From NCBI RefSeq assembly GCF_009914755.1, contig NC_060926.1: DNA of 64,000 bases; one strand, 5' to 3'. Under the pieces are notes generated by a model that worked only from the letters and a program-made list of their open reading frames with translations, was not told where the DNA came from and did not search any database. A program made the position numbers and the translations under genes. Source of the stretch: the human T2T-CHM13v2.0 reference genome, Homo sapiens. This document shows positions 1 to 14,720 of the stretch, in pieces. The first letter of the stretch is position 1; each line of letters opens with the position of its first letter.

Positions 1-198
1 CCTCAGTCTCCTAAGTAGCTGAGATGACACAACAAGCACACGCCACCACACCTGGCTAATTTTGTTTTTAACTTTTTTTGTAGAGATGGAGTTTCGCTTT
101 GTTGCCCAGGCTTGTCTCAAATTCCTGGCCTCAAGTGATCCTCCCACCTCAGCCTCCCAAAGCGCTGGGATTACAGGCATAAGCCACCACGTCCGGCC
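1..198 (-). mobile_element. Alu (AluJ-like), truncated by window edge
   Basis: Alu consensus reverse complement ending ...gccaccacgtccggcc. Confidence 0.93.
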
Positions 199-241
199 TG
201 GGATTGTACTTTCTAAAGTCCTTTACAGTGCTGAGCTCCTA

Positions 242-662
<421 letters not shown>

Positions 663-1245
663 TTACAACTGAAGACAGTTCTAGCAGAAACTGTCTTCTT
701 GGAAAGAAGAGGAGGAGGAGGACTAGAACCCAGGAAGTCAAAAATGAGGCTGTAGCAGTAATCCAGTTGTGAGACAATAGGGTCTAGATTGGGCCAATAT
801 TAATAAGAATAGGAAGAAAATGGCATAATACATTAACATAACATAAAATGTCAGGATTTCCTCATTAGCTATTCACAGGAGATGGGGTAGGGGTGTAAGC
901 TTCGCTTGCAGTCTGGGTTTCTCTGTTCTCAGTAGAACTTCCAGTAAATATTGAACTTAGTCCCAATAAGTGACTGAGACACTCGGTGTCTCAATGTATT
1001 TGTTTGTTAAAATGATTTCCAAACAAACAAAAAGTTCATCAAAAGGAAAGCTATCTGGGATAGTGGAAAATACTCAGGTTTTGAAGATAGTTTTATCCCA
1101 GGACTACCTCTTGCACAGCAGCCTTACACACAGGTAGAACAGGCAGACTCCTGCCAACTTTAGAAATTCCAGAAATCCTCCTCTCCTGCCTGCACTTGCC
1201 CAGGGGTGTCTCTATTTCTGTTTCCTCATCTTAACAATGGGGATA

Positions 1246-1520
1246 GGCCGGGCATGATGGCTCATGCCTGTAATCCCAGCACTTTGAGAGGCTGAGGTGG
1301 GGACTGCTTGAGCCCGGGAGTTCAAGGTGGTGAAACCTTGTCTCTACAAAAATTATAAAGATTAGCTGGGTGTGGTGGTGTGTGCCATAGTCATAGCTAC
1401 TCAGGAGGCTGAGGTGGGAGGATCACCTGGTCCCTGGAAGTAGAGGCTCCAGTGAGCTGTGATTGCACCACCACACTCCAGCCTAGGTGACAGAGTGAAA
1501 CCCTGTTTCAAATAAATAAA
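1246..1520 (+). mobile_element. AluJ
   Basis: Dimeric Alu with J-type gcttgagccc; flanking duplication aatgg(g/c)gata. Confidence 0.92.
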
Positions 1521-1616
1521 TTTAAATTTAAATTTAAAATGGCGATAATGTTAGTACATAGCCCGTAGGGTTGTTGAGAGGAACAAATGAGTTAATATAT
1601 GTAAAGTAGCAATAGT

Positions 1617-1751
1617 ACGCGCCTGTAGTCATAGCTACTTAGGAGGCGGGAGCTGAGCCCAGGAGTTCAAGGCTGCAGTGAGCTAAGATTATTGCACTTC
1701 AGCCTGTGTGATGGAGCAAGATGACCCTGTCTTTAAAAAAAAAAAAAAAAA
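1617..1751 (+). mobile_element. Alu right monomer (FRAM/AluJ-like)
   Basis: cgcctgtagtcatagctact...ggctgcagtgagc...poly(A). Confidence 0.85.
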
Positions 1752-1833
1752 GAATTACATGTGTGTGTGCGCGTGTGTGTATATACAAAGAAGTTAGAAC
1801 AGCACTGGCACAAAGCACTACATAAATGTTAGC

Positions 1834-1890
1834 TATTATTATTACTACTGCTGCTGCTACTATTGTTGTTGTTATTATTATTATTATAAT
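1834..1890. repeat. Compound trinucleotide microsatellite (TAT/TAC/TGC/TGT)
   Basis: tattattattactactgctgctgctactattgttgttgttattattattatt. Confidence 0.9.
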
Positions 1891-1904
1891 AAAATGCCTC
1901 CCAA

Positions 1905-2299
<395 letters not shown>

Positions 2300-3169
2300 T
2301 CACCCTAAGGGGCCTCAAAATCCTACATTACTCACTCCACTAAAGGTTGTTACTGAGATGCAAATGTTATCAGAAGGCTGTTGGATGCACTTTAAACCAT
2401 TAGCATTCCTTAACAATATATAATGAGATCATCAATTTAGCAAAATTCTGAGAACGTGAGCCACATGACAGATACATTCTGATGGACAACCAGCAGAGAA
2501 AGATCAGAGCTTCAGGGTGTGTCCTGAGCACCCCAGGGCTCCAGCAGGGCACAAGGCACCTGGTACAATGGGGTGGAAAGCAGGGCCAGCATGTCCCATG
2601 GGGAGGAGAGAAAGAAAAAAGAAAACACCGTCCCAGGGATATAAGCTGTTTCTCTCTTATAATTTCATCAAATTTCATACAAATTTCAGTGATGAAATTT
2701 CATCAATACAATTTCATCAATCTCTTCAATAGATCCTTATGGAAGGAATATTATGACTCTGAAGGACGGTGATTCTGAGTCCTTTAGAAAACAAAATCTG
2801 AGTAAATTCTGGTGTCCTGTGCCATAAATCCTGGTGTGACATGTGCTCACAGCCTGAAATTTGATTTCAGTCCAATTCCCCAAGGAGAGACACCAGATGA
2901 AAAACATTCTGTGTATGGTCAATGTGAAAAAAAAGAGCAGTCCTCAGAAAAAGCAACCCCATGAAAAGAATGGATTAAACCGGATCCCCAGAAGGAGAGC
3001 CCTCCACAGCCTGCAGAAGGCACTTCATGGCTGGTAGCGTCATCCTGTAACACAGGGTCACCCAGGTGAAACAACAGGGATGGGGCTATGCAGGCAACAG
3101 AAGATGGAAAGAGAAGATGTTCAGGGCTTGCTTGCCTTTCAAGATCTGCTGTTCTGTAAACCTGCAAAA

Positions 3170-3363
3170 CAGTGGTTCTGGAACTTAGGGGGCAAAGAAG
3201 AATCACGTGGGGTACTTATTAAATATACTGCTCCCTGCTGCCCCTAGCGGATTCTGAGTGGAGTTCTAGAAACTGCATTCCTAACCAGTTTCCCTAGGCA
3301 GGGGGAGTGGGGGACGGGATTCTATTGCAGAGTGGCCTGTGGACCACACTTTAAGAGTCGCTG
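3170..3363. mobile_element. MER5-type hAT-Charlie DNA transposon remnant
   Basis: Termini cagtggttct... and ...ggaccacactttaagagtcgctg; internal ctgcattcctaac. Confidence 0.7.
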
Positions 3364-4235
3364 CTATAAGAATTCCGCATCACACATAGAATAAGTAACT
3401 TCAGAAACAGGTCCCAAGTGGCCTGAGAATGTCTATGCACTTTTCAAAAGCGCTGCCAGAAACGTTTACTGCACGGCTCCCTTGGTAGGGAGAAGGTTCT
3501 TTCATTTGCAAAAAGCTGCGAGGTCGTCCGGGTCTGGCAGCAAGGCTTCTATTTGGGAATGGACACTGCCAGTTCCACTTGCCTCTTCTGAGACCACCCA
3601 GCACTTCCTGCAGGCACCTGCCCCGGAGCCCAGCAGAAAGAGAGATAAGATCAGATTTCACTCACTATTATGAGAATGTCTATTTGTTGGCTAATAAGTC
3701 CCTGGTTTATAAAAAACAAGCAGCAGTAGCTTAAAAAGGGAAGAGAAAGCAAACCAGAGTGCAGAAATGGCATACTGAGGAGTCTTGGCTGAGGCTGCCG
3801 GAGGTAGGCGAGGGCATTCTGGTGCTCCACTGAGGAGCTCAGGCCTTCAAGAAGCCAATGACTCACTTGGCGGCTTTCTTGGGCTTTCAGTTTTTGGCAT
3901 GCATAAGGCAATGTGGGTATGGATGATAGTGTCATTGGTGTATTTATTGCATTTGGATTGGTTGCCTTAAAATCTCTCATGAGAAACTAGGAACAAACCG
4001 GGTGTCATTTTTTTCTTAGAGATCTACATTTAAAAAGCTCTCCTACCCCAAAGCCAGCATTTCCTAAATGAGCCTTGCAGTTTAGCTGCAATCAAAAGGC
4101 AGTGAGTGGCATCACTAGCAAAGGTGCAAATTATATAACCTGGAACAGGTAAGCAAAAGGCAGAAGACAGCCACTCCCACTTCAGTCTTGAATGTCCCTT
4201 TCTGTGCTCTGACCTGAAGGTCCTAAAAACAGTCC

Positions 4236-4535
4236 AGACCAGGTGCAGTGGTTCATGCCTGTAATCCCAACACTTTGGAGGCCAAGGAGGGTGGATTGGT
4301 TGAGCCCAGGAGTTTGAGGCCAGCCTGGGCAACACAGGGAGACTCCTGTCTCTATAAAAAATATAAAAATTAGCCAGGCATAGTGATGCATGCCTGTAGT
4401 CCCAGCTACTCAGGAAGCTGAGGTGGGAGAATCATCTGAGCCTAGCAAGTCCAGGCTGCAGTGAGCCAAGATCGTGCCACTGCACTCCAGCCTGGGCAAC
4501 AGAGTGAGATCCTGTCAAAAAAAAAAAGAAAAAAA
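4236..4535 (+). mobile_element. AluJ
   Basis: Full dimer; tgagcccaggagtttgaggccagcctgggcaac. Confidence 0.93.
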
Positions 4536-4994
4536 GTCTAAAATGACAGATGTAATGGAAGCAGCAGTTCCTGCCAAGTGCCCTGTACCCTTGGGTATTT
4601 TGAAACTACTAGTTCCCCTGCCCCTGGCCACAGTACAGAGTGTAAGTGGAATAAGGTGGGACTGGGAGGCATTCATTCCTGGGATTTAAGCCCTCCACTT
4701 CTCCAGCTTCTCTCCTCCACCCTTCTACTCTGCAAGCACACAGTTTAATGTAATAATTATGAGATCTAGAGAATAAATGGAATGATAGTACATTTGTTTA
4801 AAGGTAGATGTCATTGGTATCTACTTCCTGTCTTTCCCAGTTTCATTCATTCCCCTACCTCTTTCTGCTTGCTCTCTTTTTTGGTTTTTGGTCTTTTTCT
4901 TTGCCTGACCTGCTTTCTTCTTTCCTCTTCTTCTCTTCCTACCTTTTCTCCCTGACTTCCTCCTTCTTTGTCCCTTCCTCTTTCCTTCCATACT

Positions 4995-6050
<1,056 letters not shown>

Positions 6051-6249
6051 TGGGGAGACATTAAAAAAAACCTCTGCCCCTACACATACAGAGCCATATT
6101 TTTATTTCTCAATAAAGGCATCCTAATGTACATTTTTAGCCTTGTTCCAAGATGCACAGAGTTTCTATAGAGACAGTCATATGTCCTTTCCTGACTTCAT
6201 TGATGTCTGATCTAAAGATCTCTATCAAAACTAATGGCCCATGCTTCAG

Positions 6250-7160
<911 letters not shown>

Positions 7161-7809
7161 CAACTAATAACCAAATGTCACCCTCTTCTTTCCCCTACCC
7201 AATTCCCCCTCTAATCGATCTCTGATGACTCAAGTGCTAGATGGCTGACATTGACTGAGGAAGCCCTCCAGAGCCAGCACACAGCCCCAGACGACCACAT
7301 TTTCCAATTTATTTTAAGGATGCTAAGAATTTAAAGGAGCCAGCAGCATCAGAAAGATCAGTGAGAATAGGTTTCGGTGTGCTCCTTTGAGTGATGGAAC
7401 CTGATAGTTTAAGAGAATGAGATATATCATAAGTCAGGGCAATAAGATGAGGTCCAGGCAAGGGGAGACATGGAAAGAAAGCTTAGCTCCCACTGCAGCT
7501 TAGCTCCCATCACAGAGGCCGGCCCACAGGCTTCAAGGAAAGGCATCTTGAAAGATGCCTGCAGACTGCAGCAGTTGGCTTCTGCCACAGATGCACCTCT
7601 GTTTCTTCCTAACATAAAAGACTAACGAGGAAGCTGGAGTCCTCTGCACAAGGAAGCTGATTAAACCTCCTTCCTCTGGTCTTCAAGAAGGAGGCTTTCT
7701 GAGAGAACTTTCTAGTAAACAAAGCTGCAAAAAAATTCCTTAGGCATACTGAGAACTGAAAAAGGGCTTTGTAGGGCTTGGAAAGTAGCAAGGCATAATT
7801 GAATGGCCT

Positions 7810-7990
7810 GGAAGCTCTGGGTATGAACATCAATTCTGCCATAGACTGTGTGTCATTTACCTTCTCTGTGCCTCAGTTTCCTCAACTGTAAAACAGGGAT
7901 AATAACACCTACCTCAACTACTCTTTTGAGAATTAAATGATATATGTATATACACCATCTAGGGTATTCAGAATAGTGAAGGGCACTATT
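7810..7990 (+). mobile_element. MIR
   Basis: ctctgtgcctcagtttcctcaactgtaaaacagggataataacacctacctc. Confidence 0.8.
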
Positions 7991-9289
7991 CACATTATTT
8001 AATAACTACTGTGATACAAATATCAACTAATCAGAGTAAACAACGATCTAAACCATCCACTCAGAATGGAATCAGCCACGTCCTACCTACGAGATGTATA
8101 AATAACATACAAAGCAGCCCTGAAACAGTCCACGGCTCATAGAAAGCCTACAATGGGGAGTAATGATTTTGAAGAGACAGCTAGAAATAGGATTCTGAGG
8201 GTTATTATTTCTGCAAAATACAGACTACTCTTTGATAGCTCTAAGACAGACAGACAGAGCCATGCACAATCTAGAAAAGACTCTGAAGGTCCCTCTTACT
8301 GGGGGTCTCCTCTTTCTCTGTCGCTTTACCATACTCCGCCTCTGTAGAGAGGTGATCTCCAGGAAGGGTGGCAGAATGGATCCTGTTTCCCAGATGGTTA
8401 AAAGGAATGCGCAAAGAAAATGTAAATATGACTGAGGTATATTTAAAACTAATAATATGCCTTAGAACGCTAGAGGCTCCAAATAATGGGACCCGAGAAG
8501 CAGCTAGTCCAGAACTTAATGGGCTGCCCCAGAAGGAAACAGGAGCGAATGCACCAGAAGGCAAATCAACGCCCTGATTCCTTCATCGAGAAAGGATTGT
8601 GACAGGGGAAAAAATGTCAGCTGAACTAAAAGCCTGTTTTATGATGTAATTGATTCACGTTCTGGCACCGTTACTCAAAAACATTTGAAACACTTATATT
8701 CCTGGGAAGAGGGGTGAATTTCAGGGAATCATGTGAGAAGGATGAAAACCGGTTTCTAGCTTTCTTTGCTCATTGCTTTGCTAGCACGGTCTTCAAGCGT
8801 TCAGACTGGGCTGAATGAATAGATGAATAAGTCAGAATGACTTGTGGAGAAAAGAAGACTGGGTATATGTTTACGGAGAGGAAACTGAATACTAGGTGGG
8901 GTATTAGGAGTGCAATTTCTGTCATAAACCTAAGAAAATTAGGGATGACTGAGCTGAGATGAGCGATTTTATCCTGACACAGAAAATGAATATGAAGTGG
9001 CTCAGTCATCATCAGTAGGAATTCAAAAAGGAAATGGAGGCAGTAATGTGAGACCAACATGTTCTCAGGATTCTGCCAGTGCAAAGGAAGCTCCCTCCTG
9101 CCTACGGGATCTGTCCAATACCTGCTGGTGTGGGTCCCACGGCCATGTCCGACACCAGCAGGTCCCCATCCTTACTCGTGTGCCCGTACCTTGTTTGCTC
9201 CTTCTCTTGTTCTGTTTCCTCATTCAGCCTGCCATGCTCTCCTTTCAAGCCCTCCAACTCCTCCCTTCCCTGTTTTAGGAAGACAGTCT

Positions 9290-9470
9290 AGAGTAGGACA
9301 CTTGGGTTCAAATCCTGGCTTGTCTTCTAGCTGTATGACCCTGGACGAATCATATGACTTTTTTTATGCCTAGAAAATGTGTGACAAAAATATCTACATC
9401 ATAAGGTCATTGTGAAAATTAAGGGAAAGAATTTGTGTGGAGCACAATTGTCCAAATCCAAACAGTTAGT
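9290..9470 (+). mobile_element. MIR
   Basis: gggttcaaatcctggc...tagctgtatgaccctggac. Confidence 0.65.
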
Positions 9471-10636
9471 AAACGGAAAGCATTGTAAGTCCAGTTCTTT
9501 TTACAAACACAAAGTCCATCCTCTTACTCTATGCTCCCTCCTGGTGGTTTCAAATGCACAGATCTCCTCCTGATTTCACTCTAAGAATTTTTCTACTAGG
9601 AATATTTTCTATTTCTATGACTCTTTTAAGAGTTATCATCTCTAGCACAGTGTTGGAAGTTCCATAGGTACTTGTGAACTTTTCATTTAGATGCTCAGAA
9701 AAGAATGCATCTGTAAACAGTCCTTTGGTAACACTCTGACAAACGTGTTCACCCCACATGAAGGCCATCAATAGATATATCCAGGATTAATTTACAAAGC
9801 TCAGATGTCTTTACAACAAATTCTATCTGTCTTTTGAACAAATATGTCAACATATCTTCACAGTAAGAACTTAAGGAAGTCACCCAGATGCCTCCCATCT
9901 TAACATGAATGACCATGGGGATACAAGGACACATACCTGTGGAAGGGATCTGCCATCTACCTCTTGCAACTGTGACCAGGGTTATCAGTGTGTCCCTGAA
10001 GCAACAACCGCAGCTTCACTATAATGTACACTCTGCCTCTCCAACCTTCAGCAAGCTCCTCGTTCTAAACCAGAGTGGCATGGTTTATTACTACCAAAGG
10101 AGACCGTCCTATTCCTTAGTTCTTTTCAACATCACACAAAAATTAAGGCTATGAATTAATAGAGTAATTTTATTTAGGCAGAATTATTTCCAAGGAATGT
10201 TTCATAAGCAGCTCATAAAGAACAAACTGGGATGATTTGCTTAATTCTGTCATCCATGGGGAAATGTCTGAAGAGCAGATTTTATAGAGAAATTTTCATT
10301 GCCAAGAGTGAGAAAAACTAAAATATCTTTGTTCTGTTTCAAATTATTGTACCTTTATGTGTCTGATTTCCTGAAATTTGTTGTTTGTTTGTTTCCATTT
10401 GGCTTTAGAGATTAACATGAGAAAGTTCATTTGCGGGGTTCATTCAAATAACTAACCTTGCCTGAAAAGTCACAGAGATTTCGGATATGGCCATCACAGA
10501 CATAATAACTCTGATAATAATACAGTCACTAAATTATGATCTGAACTTGGAAATAAAAGAGAAGAAGTTGAAAGAATCCTATTTTCAAGACAATATATCT
10601 GAATATGTCCTTGCAAATGAGAACAAGAAGAAATAA

Positions 10637-11014
<378 letters not shown>

Positions 11015-11159
11015 AACAAGTCAGCAACTTTTAAATAAGCACCTCACAATTTCAGAGCTGCACCTGGTTTAATTAATTACACTCGTCATTTCCTCACTGG
11101 TTGGTGCAAACCATTCCCATCTTACTATGCACTGAGAACATCAATATCATAGAGCTATA

Positions 11160-11870
11160 GCATTCATCCACTCATTCAATATTAACTTATTGTGTATCAT
11201 TGTGCTATGTCTTTTTTAATTCATTCTCTACCCTTGCATAGTTGGAGTTGAGGGAAGGAAGGCAGAAAAGAATGGTAAGACTTGATCCTTGCCCTCTAGA
11301 GTCCTATGTTTGCAGAAATAAGATGCAGACACATGAAATGGTGAAGAAGCCATCCAAGACTGCAGGTGGCTAATGCCCAAGTGAATGGGGCAGATGCTGC
11401 TATGGGAATTCAGAAGAGGCTGGAAAAGCAGAGGAACCTCATAGAAGAAGTGGAATAAGAGTTGGACTTTGATTGGGTGCAGTGGCTCACATCTGTAATC
11501 CCAGCACTTTGGGAGGCTGAGGCGGGAGGCTGAGGTGGGAGGCTTGCTTGGGCCCAGGAGTTTGAACCAGCCTCGGCAACATAGTGAGACCCCATCTCCA
11601 CAAAATAAAAAATTAGCCAGGTGTGGTGGTACACGCCTGCAGTCTCAGCTACCCAGGAAGCTAAGGTGGGAGGATTGCTTGAGCCCAAGATGTCAAGGCT
11701 GCAGTGAGCCATGATTGCACTACTGCCCTCCATCCTGGGCCAACAGAGCAAGGCACGGTCTCAAAAATAAAAAATAGAAAAAAAAAAAGAATTAGACTTT
11801 GAGCAATTCAAAGTCTATAAAGTCTATAAAGAGGATGTGGGAGAAGAGAGATTCTCAAAAGGAGGGAGTA
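11160..11870 (-). mobile_element. L2 fragments flanking an AluJ
   Basis: cattcatccactcattcaa, ccttgccctctagag, gctatgggaattcagaagag. Confidence 0.55.
11471..11790 (+). mobile_element. AluJ with short internal duplication (gggaggctgagg x2)
   Basis: Full dimer; TSD-like ga(g/a)tt(g/a)gactttga. Confidence 0.93.
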
Positions 11871-12074
11871 ATGTCCACAATTTTTGTACTTGAGACTGAG
11901 CATTGCTTACTCGTACAAACTGACAAGAGCAGGATTATATGGAAATAGCTGAGATATGGCCATTCAGGCCAGTGGAGTGGGATTCTAAAACACCTTGAAT
12001 CTTCGATATACTTGTAGTATACATCAAATTATTAAAGATGACGCATTTTGATGTGACTGGTGAAGAAATTTATG

Positions 12075-12570
12075 ATCCACACATACCCAAGAACTTGTGC
12101 ATGAATGTTCACAGCAGCATTATTCATAACAGCCACAAAGTGGAAACAGCCCAAATGTCCATCAATGGATGAATGGATAAAATGTGATATATCCATGTAA
12201 TGGAATAATATTTGGCAATACAAAGAAATGAAATGCTGATAAAAGCTGCAACATGGATGGATCCTGAAAACATTATGCTAAGTGAAAGAAGCCTACAAAA
12301 GGCTGTCTATTGTGTGGTTCCCAATGTACGAAATATCCAGAAGAGGCAAATGCACAAACACACCCTAGGGCTGAGAGAGTTGGAAGGAGATGGGGAGTGG
12401 CTGCTAATAGGTATGAGTTTTCTTTTTGGGGTGATTAAAATGTTCTAAATTGGTCGTGGTGATGATTGTAGTTGTACCACTCTGAATATAGTAAAACCCC
12501 TGAATTGTACACTTTAAACGGCTGAATTCCTTGGTATGTGAATTATATGCAGTGAAGCTGTTATTAAAGA
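12075..12570 (+). mobile_element. Old L1 (L1MB-like) 3' end
   Basis: gaatgttcacagcagcattattcataacagcc, cccaaatgtccatcaatggatgaatggataaa, tgaattgtacactttaaa. Confidence 0.85.
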
Positions 12571-12722
12571 AACAAACTATCAAGTGTTTACTCTAGGGAA
12601 TAGGGTCTAGGATTGTAGGCGAGGAGGGAGACTAACACTACCACCAATTATTTTTACAATCAATATAGCTGAGTGTCTCATCATATTCTGGCTCTTTTAA
12701 TAATACAGACCTTTTAATTTCC

Positions 12723-13195
<473 letters not shown>

Positions 13196-13486
13196 TCAAT
13201 CATTTCTGACCATTCCCTAGATTCCTCTTGATTCCTGGAGGAATTAAAGTTATTGAATTTCAATTCATTCCAACAACCATTTATTGAGTGCCCGTCTTGA
13301 GGCAAGCAAGGGTAGGGTAAGGATAGGGAGATGAATAAACCAATTACATTTTATTTAAAGAAAGACATTCATACTTCAAAGTGCTTACCACCCCAGATAA
13401 GTGGACAAGAAGCTAAAAGAACAGGGAAACTAAGTGCTGTGTGCACTGTCACTAACTCTTGAGCTGACCAAGACAATAATTTGACC

Positions 13487-13970
13487 CAGTATTTCTCAAA
13501 GAATTTACATGAAAGTGATTTGGGGAGCGTTTGCCAAAAATATGAATCCTAAGCCTTACTCCAAACTAACTGAATCAAAGTCTCCTAAGAGGGAGGCCCC
13601 AGAAATATATATACTGTATCTATTTAACGTTAACTTCACTCTGTCCCACAAAATCCTTCCAGTCTACAACACTGAGATGGTTTGCAGTGATTATGAGGCC
13701 TGGTGTAAATAACTAAACCAGCATTTCCCTAATTGTATTCTGTAGTATACTAGTTATTCAAGTACTTAATAGGTATTCTTTAGGGAAAAAAATGGATTCT
13801 GAGATCAAGTAAGTTTGGAATATCTTGGGGTTAAATAAAATTTAATTGGTTTATTTATTGTGGAATGCTAACAGATATTAGTGGGCTACTGGGTGCTGTG
13901 AATCTTTTGAGAAAGGGACGGAGTATGGTGATTATCAAGCTTATTTGACTAGGGACCTGTTTTTTTCACA
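13487..13970. mobile_element. Degenerate hAT-Charlie (MER5-like) remnants
   Basis: cagtatttctcaaa...actgaatcaaagtctc and ccagcatttccc...aagtttggaa resemble MER5-family termini. Confidence 0.4.
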
Positions 13971-14389
13971 TGTATCAACAGGCGCATAAATTAATGGCTA
14001 GAAACTCATCTACCACATATAAGAAGTATGAGAGACTCTGGAAAATGTTACAATCTACTTCTAAATAGAAAAAGAAATATTTAATGTAAAAGGATAATAT
14101 ATGGCAAGCTTCCTCTATAGTTTCCAAACATGGCATAATAGGGTATATGAGGATAGGTACAGGCCCGGAACAGATAGAGCCATAACCAATTATTTGGCAG
14201 CAAGTTCCTGGTAACCGGGAGTCCCAGCTGTCTAGAACGAAACTATTTCATGATCTTGGGATGAAGTCAGTAACTTTCTTAGCCAGAAACCAATGGCTAA
14301 AGGGTTGAGGCCTTCAATCCGGGACCTGGCTTCTAACCTGAGATCCCCAGGGTCAGTGGAAAAGATATCAGAAGAAATGGCCTAGTTTT

Positions 14390-14720
14390 CCAATCTCAGT
14401 GGCATCACTGTCCAACCGGTCAGTCACCTAAGCCAAAAGTGGGAGTTCCTCTTCCTTCATAAGCTAATTAGCCATTAAACCTGCTGCATTTATGACTTAA
14501 ATATTTTTTCAGTTCACCTCCTCCTCTCCATCCCCACTACTGCTGCCCTAGTTCAGGCTTCCATCAGCTCACACCTGTACTATTTCCACAGCTTTTTATT
14601 TGGACTCCCTGCCTGAATTCTTCCTCTCCTCAAATCCATCTTCTACCCTGACCAATGCACAGCTGATCAAACCACTTTCCAGTTTAAAAATCTGTGAACG
14701 GCTCCCAATTACCTACTGCA
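14390..14720 (+). mobile_element. L2 fragment
   Basis: ctcctctccatccccactactgctgccctagttcagg, ctccctgcct, aaatccatcttc. Confidence 0.65.

Larger units (their letters stand above)
1210..1840 (+). mobile_element. MIR, fragmented by two Alu insertions
   Basis: MIR core tttcctcatc..aatggggata; continues gggttgttgagagg..aaatgagttaatatatgtaaag and ends aaatgttagctattatt. Confidence 0.7.

Noticed and set aside
975-993. Hairpin tgagacac-tcg-gtgtctca
   Set aside because: An 8-bp stem is expected by chance, and bacterial-type terminators are irrelevant here.
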